DNA of 64,000 bases from an uncultured Lentisphaerales bacterium (GCA_943788985.1 CALSSJ010000044.1:36660-100659); one strand, 5' to 3'. Shown: positions 18,910 to 30,523, counted from the stretch's first letter. Translations and numbers: made by a program. Notes: generated by a model not told the origin, from the sequence alone.

Positions 18910-20103
18910 TCAGCCGCCAGTCTTTGCCCCTGCGCACCCACCGTTAAGCAAGCGCTCAAGGTAGTGATACTCAATATTGTACAGCTTCTTGATTGCCTCG
19001 ATCTCCGCGAGTTTCTTGGACGCCTCCCCTTCGGCATTCTGGTCTTTTATCGCCACGATCATCACATTCTTCGGTGTGTGCTCAGTCGAGATAAACTCGA
19101 ACACCTTGGTCCTGTACCCCTGCGACTCGAGGATAAGCGCACGTAAGCCATCGGTCAGAATCTCTGACTGGCGTTCCTCGAGAATGCCAAAACGGGTGAT
19201 CTCCTGCAACTCATTGCTGGGCTTGATCTGCTCACGCAGTTGTTTGTGACAGCACGGGGCAGAGATGATGATCTTGGCCTGAGCCTGGATGCCCCGATAA
19301 ATGGCATCATCGGTCGCCGTATCGCAGGCATGCAGGGCGATCAATATTTCGATCCCAGCGAGATCCACTTGGTCGATCGCGCCCGCCCGAAACTCCAAAC
19401 CGTCAAACTTCGCAAGCTTGGCAATGCGATTGCAGGTGTCCACCAAGTGGGGACGCAGTTCGATCCCGACAAGCTTGGGATCGAGCCCCAGGGTCTGGCT
19501 CAAGTAGTCATAGAGGGCGAAGGTGAGGTAGCCCTTCCCCGAGCCCATATCGAAAATATTGCCGGTCCCTTCCAGGCCCTGCTTCTGGATGATGCCACCC
19601 ACTACCTCGACAAACTTGTTGATCTGTCGATATTTATCCTCGCTGTTTCGCTTCACCTGCCAATCAGAGGTGATCACGCCCAACTCAAGCAAGTAGATGT
19701 TGTTTTTCAGCTCGATCAAGCGCTTCTTGGTCTTGTCATGCTCAAGGTTCTTCGGGACTACGCGCTGCTTTTCCTTACGCTTGAGGCTCACGTTTCCGCG
19801 TTTATCGATCGTCAAGTGCCACTCACTCTCGGCTCGAAAAAGGTCGGCGTGCACAAATGCATTGCTCACCAATTCCCGAATGACCGCCATTCCCGAATCA
19901 ACGCTGTGGTTTTTAGTCACGTCTCGTGTCGCATGGCGATAGACAAAACAAAGCTGCAGTCCTTTCTTCGTGCGTACCAACCTCACGAAGACATTCTTGA
20001 AATCGAGGCTCTTATCTCGGGGCTTACTGAGCGTAAGCTTGGCAAGATCCTGTTGGGCAATGCTGCCTTCGACAGCAGTAAGAAAGGTGACCATTTTGCT
20101 CAT
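18910..20103 (-). CDS. SAM-dependent methyltransferase (Methyltransf_32-like)
   Basis: 'KYRQINKF', 'DMGSGKGYLTF', 'ALHACDTATD', 'PCCH', 'EFISTEHTPKN'. Confidence 0.88.
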   Translation of the reverse strand: MSKMVTFLTAVEGSIAQQDLAKLTLSKPRDKSLDFKNVFVRLVRTKKGLQLCFVYRHATRDVTKNHSVDSGMAVIRELVSNAFVHADLFRAESEWHLTIDKRGNVSLKRKEKQRVVPKNLEHDKTKKRLIELKNNIYLLELGVITSDWQVKRNSEDKYRQINKFVEVVGGIIQKQGLEGTGNIFDMGSGKGYLTFALYDYLSQTLGLDPKLVGIELRPHLVDTCNRIAKLAKFDGLEFRAGAIDQVDLAGIEILIALHACDTATDDAIYRGIQAQAKIIISAPCCHKQLREQIKPSNELQEITRFGILEERQSEILTDGLRALILESQGYRTKVFEFISTEHTPKNVMIVAIKDQNAEGEASKKLAEIEAIKKLYNIEYHYLERLLNGGCAGAKTGG

Positions 20104-20192
20104 ATCGACAACTCGCTTATCTCTCTAGAACTACGTTTCGCGCTAACCATGCGCCACTATGTAACCGCCCCGAGCCATGGCAAGCCTAGGTT

Positions 20193-20230
20193 GAGTGGCA
20201 GGGGCAGCCCCTTGCCCCTGCACTTCACTC
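20193..20230. repeat. REP-like GC-rich hairpin
   Basis: GCAGGGGCA/TGCCCCTGC stem plus outer GAGTG/CACTC pairing, intergenic. Confidence 0.4.
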
Positions 20231-20497
20231 GAGAAAACGGCTAGCCCCCCAACGGTATTACACCCAGTAGATCGCGCCGTACGCGACGAGCCAGATCCCC
20301 CAGCGAGCGCCAGATATGGTCTCGTCGCTCGTACGTCCGATCCACGCGGCTCGCTGGTCCCGTCTTGAATCCTAGCCACCGCCACTAAACCAATCCCGAA
20401 TTGACCAACTTCCAAAAACAGTTCAGCCGACGCTCCAGAAGATCGGGAGGTTGATCACAACGAGAAATAGTTGCACCCGTTCGGTTTTACGCATCGC

Positions 20498-21250
20498 TCA
20501 AGTTCCGGGCAGCCAGCCGCGCCGGAGGGTCTCGTAGAGCAGAATGGTCGTAGCCTGGGCCACGTTTAGTGATTCCGCCTGCCCGGGCATCGGGATGGTC
20601 ACGCGGGCTCCGGGCAGGTCGCCCACGCCATGCGCCTCGCCGCCAATCACCAGCGCACCACCGCGTGGGTCAAACGCGGCATCCATGCACCGGGCACCTT
20701 CGTGAGGATCGGTCAGCCAAAGGCGCCCATCGGGAAACCGAGTCTGCCATTCCGCCACGGATTGCAGCTTAAATAGGGTTAGTGAGAACTGCGCGCCCAT
20801 TCCAGCGCGGATTGTCTTGGGCGAGTATGGATCGCAGGAGCCGTCAGTCACGCAGACACTGCGGAGTCCGCAAGCCCAGGCAGTGCGGAGGATAGTCCCC
20901 ATATTTCCTGGGTCGCCGACACCATCAAGAATAAGCGTGTAGGGCTCTGGCGAGGGCAGCTCGCTGGCATAGGCGTAGCGCATCACTGCCAGAATTCCCT
21001 GGGCGTTCTGCGTCGTGCTGACGGTTGCAAATTCCGCAACACTGCAGCGATGGATCCGCTCGGCGGAGATGCTGCGGGGGGCCTCAAAGCCCTCGGCCAA
21101 GACGACAAACTCAACCGCTTTGCCAGCGTGGATAAAGGCCTCTTCGCAGCAGCGTTGGCCTTCGACTAGGAACAGCCCTTCCTTGCGGCGGCTGCGGCGA
21201 TCATGGAGGCGCCGGATTAGGGATCCTTGGCGGCGAGTAAGCGCATTCAT
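20498..21250 (-). CDS. TrmH/SpoU-family RNA 2'-O-methyltransferase
   Basis: 'FLVEG', 'DPGNMGTILRTA', 'IGGEAHG', 'IPMPGQAESLNVA'. Confidence 0.92.
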   Translation of the reverse strand: MNALTRRQGSLIRRLHDRRSRRKEGLFLVEGQRCCEEAFIHAGKAVEFVVLAEGFEAPRSISAERIHRCSVAEFATVSTTQNAQGILAVMRYAYASELPSPEPYTLILDGVGDPGNMGTILRTAWACGLRSVCVTDGSCDPYSPKTIRAGMGAQFSLTLFKLQSVAEWQTRFPDGRLWLTDPHEGARCMDAAFDPRGGALVIGGEAHGVGDLPGARVTIPMPGQAESLNVAQATTILLYETLRRGWLPGT

Positions 21251-21364
21251 GGGCAGTAAGTCGGTCGTGGGTTCATAGGTCGAACTGTACGCCGATCCGC
21301 GAACTCTGGCACAGAAGGCGCAGTCCCGAACAGCTACCATTCTACAGGACCGTCGAATAGATTG

Positions 21365-23223
21365 TCTTCCGGCACCGTCACTCAGTTGGTTGAGTCCTTT
21401 CGCAATGACGAGGGGCAGCCGAGGCAGTGCATCATTCTGTCGCTGGGCAGGCCAAAATCAACGAGGACATTCGCCGCGAGGTCGCCAAAGTCGTCGCAGC
21501 CCGCCTGTATCACGAACCAGAACTGCTTGAACGGCCACTGAGGCCAGAGGCCGCCTGTTAGGTTGATCGTATCGTCAACACTGTCCAGCATTATGGAACA
21601 TCGCCCCCCAGGCGCAAACGCCGCGCCCATCAAGACAACACCAGCTCGGAGGCGATTGATGGCGTGTTGTCCGACAAAATCGACCATACCCACAGCACTA
21701 CCTTGGGCCCCGAGCTTCTAGCCTTGCACGCCTGGAAGCAGCTGAATATGCCCGGTCTGCTGGAGACGCTCGGCTTCAACCAAGCACAATGTGACGCCGC
21801 CGCCGTCAGGGTCGTTAACAGACTCGTGGCCCTCTGCAGCGATTATTTCATGCAAACCTGGCTGACCACCAGTTCCCTCGCCGACCTGCTCCGCAGCGAC
21901 ATCTTGAACTTTGCCGATGACCGCGACTATCGCATCGGCGATAAGCTCCTGGCGGCCAAAGACAAGATCGAAGACCACCTTCCACACGCCCAAAAAGAAC
22001 CCTTCAACCTCCAGCGCACTATCATCCTCTACTACCTGACAAATACGCACTTCGCGGGTGTCTGCGCCAAGAATCCAAAAGCCAAGCGCGGCAAGAACAA
22101 GCAGAAGCGCAACGACTGCCCACAGGTCGTTGTCGGCATGGTCTTCGACGAATTTGGCTTCGAACTGGCACACCAGACCTTCAGCCGTAACACCCGGGAC
22201 TCGACCACACTCACGTTCTTGGTAAACACCCTCAAAAAGCTCACCGATAGCGATCAGGAGTTGGCCGACGCCAAGCCCATTGTCGTCGTCGATGCTGGCA
22301 TCGCGACCATAGACAACCTGCGGCGACTGCGTGAAGAAGGTTTTAGTTGCCTCGTCAATGCCAGTCACTAACAGCGAGAGGTCTAGGCCGATCATTTTCG
22401 CGACGATAGCGGCTTTGAGGCAGTGCCCGGTCGCGAGAAAAACGGCCGAGCGCGAGCCCCTGTTTTGGTTAAAGCTGTCGATCATACTTTCACTGAATAA
22501 CCCACCGGATAAGCCACCGAGGCCAGCGACAGCGAAAACACACCAGAGATCATTGCTGCGCGCTTGGTCTTGTGTAAAAGCGACACTCCCGGTGACAAAG
22601 AACGTGCTATGATCAGCAAGGCCGAGGAGAAACTCCTTGAGCGCCTGCAGAAGCTCGCCACCCGCATCGCCATCGGTCGGTTGCGCAGCAACAACTCGCG
22701 AGTGGTCAGATTCTACGACATCGACTTTCAGGAAGCCAATAAACCTGCGAAAGGCGAGCCTGAGGGCGTCTTGCGCTACACCCGCAAAGACCAACTTTTT
22801 GCTGACAGTCAGTTGGTTATGGGCTGCTACGTACTACGAACCGATCAGCAGGATCTGCCTGCCGAGCAACTTTGGCAGCTATACATCACCTTAGTCCTGG
22901 CCGAAGAGGGGTTTCGGCTACTAAAAACCGACTTAGGCCTGCGCCCGAACTTCCATCAGATCCAAGATTGCGTGGACGGGCACATTTTCATCACCGTGCC
23001 TGCCTACCACGTACTGACGCACATCCTGTACACCTTACGCCAAGGCTTTCTGAGGCATCACAGGCGCAGATCTATCGCCACTTCGACATCGACACGACCG
23101 CCTTGCCACAGAGCAAGGTGATCATCACACCAAAATGACACGAGAAGAACCTGCGACTTTGCAGGGATTCTTTCTTATCTCCCTCATTACCAGAGGCTTG
23201 CGATCCTGAGTGCAAAATTCGGG
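21365..23223 (+). mobile_element. Decayed IS1634-family element (transposase pseudogene); boundaries approximate
   Basis: 'QLVESFRNDEGQPRQ', 'GKNKQKRNDCPQVVVG', 'VVDAGIAT', 'EEGFRLLKTDLGLRPNFHQ...GHIF'; several in-frame stops at 22369-22512. Confidence 0.8.
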
Positions 23224-23514
23224 CTAGCGCGCAACGCCGTCGGCGTGATTATGGTCGCCAAGGCTGGCAAGACCACCTGCCATTCCATACGCTACTGCCA
23301 CGGCCAGTTCGTCAATACAAACATCCGCGGCTACGTCCTAAACGGCATCGATTCCGGCGTACGAAGGTACGGCTGTTACTACCGCGGCCAGTACGGCTAC
23401 AAGCCTTATGCCCAGCAACGCACCTACTACCGAGCGGCCCCAGAACTGAAGGAGCTGTCCGAGCGTCAAGCACTACCTGAATGCGCTCCTTCAGCGCCGC
23501 CCGTCCCGGCATAG
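23224..23514 (+). pseudogene. C-terminal remnant of a Wzc/CpsD BY-kinase
   Basis: 'LARNAVGVIMVAKAGKTT...IRGYVLNGID...YGCYYRGQYGYKPY' (Tyr cluster), starting right at the IS end. Confidence 0.65.
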
Positions 23515-23680
23515 CCACATTGGCCTCGCAATCCGCGATGGCAACAGACTCAGAAGTCGGACTCGCTCTACGACTGACACGGCGGGAAATTGACTGAGAT
23601 TGTGTGCGGCAGCGACTGGCACGCGCTCGCCACCACCGTTATCTTCCGGCCAGTCGTAGTGCACGTAGCTGGAGCCTCCC

Positions 23681-25093
<1,413 letters not shown>

Positions 25094-25169
25094 GTCCAGA
25101 TTTGCCGTCAGCGCTGGCGCTCCCATCCCTAGCGGCATCCCTCCATCGCCTCCAGCCCGAATATGGTTC

Positions 25170-25460
25170 CTAAGAGTTTTCGAACAGCTGTGGAACAACC
25201 CGGCCTAGGAGCCGGTAGTGGTCGACGACCAGCACGGCCCGGCCGTCGTCCTCTAGCGCCAGCCTCCCGGTCACCTCAACGGCAAAGCAGAGGTGACGGG
25301 GCATTGACGCACCGCTGACTCCCAACTCGAGCAGGTACTCGCCTTCGCCGTCGGTTTCTAACGCCAACGTCCGCACCTGATCCCCGTCCCAGTCGATCGG
25401 GACCAGAATGCCACGCAGGACATGCGTCGGCGCATCGGTGGAGGTCGATTTCGTCATCAT
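25170..25460 (-). CDS. Small hypothetical beta-rich protein under a sigma-54 promoter
   Basis: 96-aa ORF with GGGAGA RBS, downstream of a consensus -24/-12 element. Confidence 0.7.
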   Translation of the reverse strand: MMTKSTSTDAPTHVLRGILVPIDWDGDQVRTLALETDGEGEYLLELGVSGASMPRHLCFAVEVTGRLALEDDGRAVLVVDHYRLLGRVVPQLFENS

Positions 25461-25599
25461 GGTCTCCCTAGAGGTCGCCCTCCCAGTCGTAAAACATCAG
25501 GGCGGCGGACCAGTTTAGAAACTTGAGACTCCTTTGTCGGGTTCCGTCGGTCATTGGCGAAAGACAGACCTGTTAAGATCCTACCTACTCGCCACCCCT

Positions 25600-25616
25600 T
25601 GCAACTGCCGTGCCAA
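25600..25616 (-). promoter_or_regulatory. Sigma-54 (-24/-12) promoter, leftward
   Basis: Minus strand reads TTGGCACGGCAGTTGCA, matching TGGCACG-N4-TTGCA. Confidence 0.85.
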
Positions 25617-25680
25617 TCGAACCAGACGTCGTCTGCAGCCCCACAAAAGACGCCAAAACGCTCCTCACACCGGGTTTTAC

Positions 25681-25770
25681 TGAACCACGAGATCCGATTC
25701 GATTACCAGGCAGGAACTTCCAGTTCCGAAACACTAATTGCGCTGCCCAGAAAGCGGAACTGCAGCTTCT
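25681..25770. promoter_or_regulatory. Three putative enhancer (UAS) sites GGAAC-N5-GTTCC
   Basis: TGAAC-N5-GATCC (25681), perfect GGAAC-N5-GTTCC (25713), GGAAC-N5-CTTCT (25756); spacings 32 and 43 bp. Confidence 0.55.
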
Positions 25771-25846
25771 ACATCGCGGACTCTTGGTCGCTCCCCGAGA
25801 TGCCTACATGCACCATCTTTCAAGGCTGCGCCATGTGTCCCCAGTG

Positions 25847-25863
25847 TTGGCACGCAACATGCA
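25847..25863 (+). promoter_or_regulatory. Sigma-54 (-24/-12) promoter, rightward
   Basis: TTGGCACGCAACATGCA with GG/GC correctly spaced, about 40 bp before GTG 25904. Confidence 0.75.
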
Positions 25864-25903
25864 AACAAGATGTTGTCCGACCTTTTTTCTAGGAGCGATT
25901 TCC

Positions 25904-26701
25904 GTGCAACACCCAAACTTCTCGCTGGCTATCGGCAACGGCCCGATCGTCGCCGCCGCCCTTCACGCAGGCCATCAACTCCGGTCCGAAGTGGAGGCGG
26001 AAATCACTCTTTGCCCCGCGGATAGGCTTCGTGAAGAAGATCCGTATACCGATCGGTGGACTCAGTTTTCCCCGACCCGGCTAGTTGTCCACACCTCTCG
26101 TTTTCAGGTCGACCTGAACCGTCCTCGCGGCAGCGCAGTCTACCGCACCCCCGCAGACGCCTGGGGCCTGCAGGTCTGGCGCGACCGTTGCCCGGACGGC
26201 ATCCTGCAGCGTTCACGTGCAGAGTACGACTCCTTCTACGGCATGGCCGAGCGCGTTTTCGACGACCTAGCCCGCCGCTACGGCCGGTTCGTCGTCTACG
26301 ACCTCCACACGTACAACCACCGCCGTAACGGCCCGAACGCACCACCGTCTCCCCAGAATGAAAATCCCGATGTGAATCTGGGCACAGGCAGTCTCGACCG
26401 CAGCTACTGGGCTCCGCTAGTGCATGCCTTCACGGGCGCATTGCCCAGCCCCGACTCCGGCCAGACTCTGGATGTACGTGAGAATGTGAAGTTCCAAGGC
26501 GGCCACTTTGCTCGCTGGGTTCACGCCAAGTACCCGCACATTGGGTGCGTCCTCTCCATTGAGGTAAAGAAGACTTTCATGGACGAGTGGACCGGAGTAG
26601 CCGACCCCGCACAGGTCACCTTGATTCGCGACAGTCTTGCTGCCACTGTCGATCCAGTCTTGCGGGTCCTCCATTCCGTCTACAACGCCCAATCCGCGTG
26701 A
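25904..26701 (+). CDS. N-formylglutamate amidohydrolase-family protein
   Basis: AGGAG RBS plus GTG; 'ALHAGH', 'REEDPYTD', 'SRFQVDLNR', 'YDLHTY', 'ENVKFQGG', 'IEVKK.FMDE'. Confidence 0.88.
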   Translation: MQHPNFSLAIGNGPIVAAALHAGHQLRSEVEAEITLCPADRLREEDPYTDRWTQFSPTRLVVHTSRFQVDLNRPRGSAVYRTPADAWGLQVWRDRCPDGILQRSRAEYDSFYGMAERVFDDLARRYGRFVVYDLHTYNHRRNGPNAPPSPQNENPDVNLGTGSLDRSYWAPLVHAFTGALPSPDSGQTLDVRENVKFQGGHFARWVHAKYPHIGCVLSIEVKKTFMDEWTGVADPAQVTLIRDSLAATVDPVLRVLHSVYNAQSA

Positions 26702-26705
26702 CCTG

Positions 26706-28611
26706 ATGGCGCTCGACTCCACCATAGTCCAACGCATCCGGGAACGCCTTGCCACCAACCAGCCGCTGCGTTGTCAGGTTCCCGGAGGCGGCGTGCTGAA
26801 CGTAGACCGGCAACTGCCGTTCCTCTGCGTGTTCCGACGTCCTCGCAACGAAATCGACGCGAGCATGGCCAAGCTCGTGCGCGGCGAGGGCGCATATCTG
26901 GTGGGCCGCGGTGATCGTAGCGGGCGTCGCAACACGCGCGAGCTCGTCCAGTTGACCGTTGCCGAGCTCGCCCCACACTTCGGTGCCTTCCTGATTGTGG
27001 AGCTGTGGGCAGCCGCCGAAGCATCAGCGGACATGGCCCCGCATTTTACCCTCGCCGCGCCGGCAAGAACGCCACAGGCGATGCTCGAAACCTTGCAAGC
27101 CGAGCTAGGACGGATGCGCGTCCAGCGACGCCGGGCGCGAGTCACGGTCGAGCGCCTGCCGCCGGTAGCCCCTGGCTTCTCGCCGCTACTTACGCCGGCC
27201 CAAGCCCAGGCGCACAACGTTTTCGTCATCGGGATCGAAGTCGCACCGATCTTTCGCGATCCCACCACGGGAACAGTCTTCCCTCTGGTGTTGCGACGTC
27301 TCCACCGAGGCTTGAGCCTGGCGCTGCGACGTTGCTTCTACGAGTTTGCGGTCTCCGCAACTACCCACCGCCCCGACCACTTCCACACCCTTGGCCGTCG
27401 CGCTATGGTCAAAGCAGTTTGGGATGCGGACGCGGCGCTCGCCCGCATCGACCAGACCGTGGACTTCCTCCTCCTCGTCACCCCCCACCAATGCGGAAGC
27501 CGCATGGCGACGCTTCCGCCGCGACCATTTCGCCAAGGCCCCTGCCTTTCGCTACCGCTCTTTGCCATTCGACCCGGCCAAACTCAAGCGGTCATTGTTT
27601 GCCATCCCCATCGAGCGCGTAGAGGACCCCATGCTGGCCCGCCTCTTCGGCGACGAACGTCAGGACCTTGAACGACGCCTCAGCATGCTCGTAGATCGCA
27701 ACACGCCCAGCTTCCTCTACGGTAGCCTCCAAGTCTACGGTCCTGTCGACGACGCCCTCCTCGACCTGGCCCGTGACATCCTCCAGCGCCTGCCCCCGCA
27801 CCGCTCCGGCTCGGATATAAGGGGCACGGTGGGGGCTGCGAAGTTCGCAGAAGCAGCCCGCGCTGAGATCGCCCGCTGCACCGCGCGTTGTCCGCAGTTT
27901 CGCGCCCGAGTCGAAATACGCGCCGACCTAACCGGCCTGATGGTCTCGCGCGACTGCCTCTACGTAGGTGCCTCGCTGCAAGTCTCAGCCCGGCGCGTCG
28001 AGGCACTCATCCAGCACGAGATCGGCGTCCATATCGCCACCTACTGTAACGGCGCTGACCAGCCGTTCGCCCAGCTACGCCACGGCCTTACCGGCTATGA
28101 AGAACTCCAGGAAGGCCTCGCAGTCTTTGCAGAATACCTGGTTGGCGGCTTCACCGGCCCCCGGCTCCGTCTGCTTGCCGCCCGCGTCGTGGCCGCCCGT
28201 ATGGTCACCGAAGGAAGCGACTTTCTCTCGATCTTCCATGCCCTCCGCGACGAGGGCCAGTTCGATTCCCGTACCGCCTATCTGGTGACCATGCGCGTGA
28301 CCCGCGGTGGTGGTTTCACCAAAGACGCCGTCTATCTGCGCGGCCTGGTCTCGCTGCTGAAGCACCTAGCGGACGGTGGCGAAATTGAACCGCTGTACGT
28401 CGGAAAAATCGCCGAACAGCACATGGCATTTGTCCGTGAGTTACAATGGCGTCGCGTCCTCCGATCGCCCCTTTTCATCCCCTCCTATCTCACCGACGAG
28501 GCCGGCCGCGAACGTCTTGCTGCCGCTCGCACCGGACTGCATGTCTGCGACCTCGTAGGTATCCGCCCGAACCTAACCAGAACCACCATCCGCAAGGCCC
28601 CCCCCTCATGA
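26706..28611 (+). CDS. DUF1704 / QEGLA-motif metallopeptidase (MATCAP-related); frameshift in C6 run near 27481
   Basis: HExxxH 'HEIGVH', 'QEGLAVFAEYL', 'RGGGFTKDAVYLRG'; ORFs 26706- and -28611 join at LVTP/TNAEAAW. Confidence 0.85.
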
Positions 28612-29651
28612 GAATCGCCTTCTTCGTCAACGACATCGCTACCGAGCTCCCCAACTACACGACCACCCGCTTGGCTATGACCGCCACCAACCGCGGCCAC
28701 GACGTCTGGTATGTCGGCGCTGGTGACTTCGCCTACGACCCGGACGAGAGAGTCCGAGCCCGCGCCCGCGGCGCCACCAAGGGCTCCTACAAGTCGCTGG
28801 CCAGCTATCTCAAAGACGTGCAGGGCACCAAGGCCCGATCTGAGCGAATCACCGTGGACGACATCGACGTCCTCATGCTCCGCAACGACCCGGCGACCGA
28901 CCTGAGCCGCCCTTGGGCGCAGTCCGCAGGCATCACCTTCGGTCGCGTTGCCATGCGCCAAGGCGTCATCGTTCTCAACGACCCTGCGTCACTGGCCACA
29001 GCCATGAACAAGATGTACTTCCAGCTCTTTCCGGAAGAAGTCCGCCCGCGCACGCTCATCACCCGTAACCGAAGCGAGATCAAGGCCTTCGCCAAAGAAT
29101 TAGGCGGCACCGTCGTCCTCAAGCCCCTGCAAGGCTCCGGCGGCTCGAACGTCTTCCTCGTGCGGAAGGACGAAATGGCCAACCTTAATCAAATGATTGA
29201 AGCCGTCTCACGAGACGGCTACATCATCGCCCAGGAGTATCTCGAAGCAGCCGTAGACGGCGACACCCGCTTGTTCTTAATGAACGGCCGGCCGCTCCGC
29301 TACAAGGGTCGCTACGCGGCCTTTCGGCGAGGTCGCGGCGAGGACGATATGCGCAGTAACATCCACGCTGGCGGCCACAAGCTCCAGGCCACCATCACCG
29401 ACGCCCACCTGCAGTTGGCCGAGATCGTACGCCCACGCCTGGTCCGGGACGGAATGTTCTTGGTCGGCCTAGACATCGTCGGTGACAAGCTGATGGAGAT
29501 CAACGTCTTCAGCCCCGGCGGTCTGGGCAGCGCCCAGCAGTACGAGAAAGTGAACTTCTCTCACGCCATCATCGACGCTCTCGAAGCCAAGGTCGAGTAC
29601 ATGCGTTACTACCGCCGCAAGTTCGGGAACATTGAGATGGCCACGCTGTAA
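28608..29651 (+). CDS. Glutathione synthetase-like ATP-grasp ligase
   Basis: 'MLRNDP', 'VLKPLQGSGGSNVF', 'AQEYL', 'DTR', 'RSNIHAGG', 'GLDIVGDKLMEINVFSPGG'; ATGA overlap with the upstream gene. Confidence 0.88.
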   Translation: MRIAFFVNDIATELPNYTTTRLAMTATNRGHDVWYVGAGDFAYDPDERVRARARGATKGSYKSLASYLKDVQGTKARSERITVDDIDVLMLRNDPATDLSRPWAQSAGITFGRVAMRQGVIVLNDPASLATAMNKMYFQLFPEEVRPRTLITRNRSEIKAFAKELGGTVVLKPLQGSGGSNVFLVRKDEMANLNQMIEAVSRDGYIIAQEYLEAAVDGDTRLFLMNGRPLRYKGRYAAFRRGRGEDDMRSNIHAGGHKLQATITDAHLQLAEIVRPRLVRDGMFLVGLDIVGDKLMEINVFSPGGLGSAQQYEKVNFSHAIIDALEAKVEYMRYYRRKFGNIEMATL

Positions 29652-29882
29652 ATTGCGCTCCGTGATCCATCGGCAAGAATTCGGTCTTTCGATTATTGTA
29701 GCTTGCCAGGAGGAGCGTGGAGATCGACACCACAGGCAACGCTCTAGTCGCCCCCTTAAACGAGTGCTGGCTTCTGGAAAACGCAGATCGCAGCGTATGT
29801 GAGGAATTGCGCCGTCACAGCCAGCTGGGCCACGCAAACCTCCTCGGGGACGTCTTGAACGGCATCTGCGCTGCCCCAGACC

Positions 29883-30090
29883 TGAACTAGTTCCATTTGC
29901 ATCCCATATGCCCAAAGGATCCGGCAGCTCAGCCTGAAGGGCCTTTAGTTAGCCAGGGATGCACGAAGAATCCCCGATGGCTAATTTCGCCAGCTTCAAG
30001 GCTGCAGGCGACAGTGCTCATCAAATCAATCACCACCGTAAGTCACGATCCAAGTAGCCTATGGGATGCCAGTGAAGTAGTTCCATTTGC
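29883..30090. repeat. 18-bp direct repeat pair (17/18 identical) enclosing a 10-bp inverted repeat
   Basis: TGAACTAGTTCCATTTGC (29883) and TGAAGTAGTTCCATTTGC (30073); GCATCCCATA (29899) and TATGGGATGC (30060). Confidence 0.55.
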
Positions 30091-30199
30091 GTCGTGCCCT
30101 ACGTCGGGGAAAATAGTCCGGGCCGAGCTGCTTTTCTTGAATCTTTCCCTGCAACGCTTCGTCCAGCTCCCATCCCCAAGCTGAGGTCATCAGCAAAGT

Positions 30200-30523
30200 C
30201 GACTCTGGGTATCGAACGCATCGTTAAAAGCATCCAGCTCTGCTATGCTCATGCCGAGTTAGCCCCCGCCTTCCCGCCAGCCTGCCACTGCCGCGATCAC
30301 TTCGGAGAGAACAGCTTCGCTTCGGGATGGGTTGATCTGGAAATGGGGGGCTTCAGAGTGAAACGCCTCAACGGAAGCCTACGGGCCAACCTCCTCTGAG
30401 ATCCAGTTTTTGAGCTCAGGGTAGCGATCAGGAAACGGGTTCACGTCAAAGGCAGGAGACAGTCGCCATTGCCCGTGCACGACGTGGAGAAATGCGTGAT
30501 TGTGTAGGTGATCATCCATCATT
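30200..30523 (-). pseudogene. HipA-family kinase C-terminal remnant
   Basis: Minus strand reads 'DDHLHNHAFLHVVHGQWRLSPAFDVNPFPDRYPELKNWISEEVGP*'; in-frame stop, N-terminus absent. Confidence 0.7.

Noticed and set aside
19240..22794. ORFs 19240-20244 (+) and 21718-22794 (-)
   Set aside because: Antisense shadows of the methyltransferase and the IS1634 transposase.
28608..29651. Assigning the gene symbol gshB
   Set aside because: The fold is GshB-like, but the peptidase context and absence of gshA nearby leave the substrate uncertain.
29883..30090. Direct repeats as a CRISPR array
   Set aside because: Only two 18-bp copies with 172 bp between them; no cas genes.
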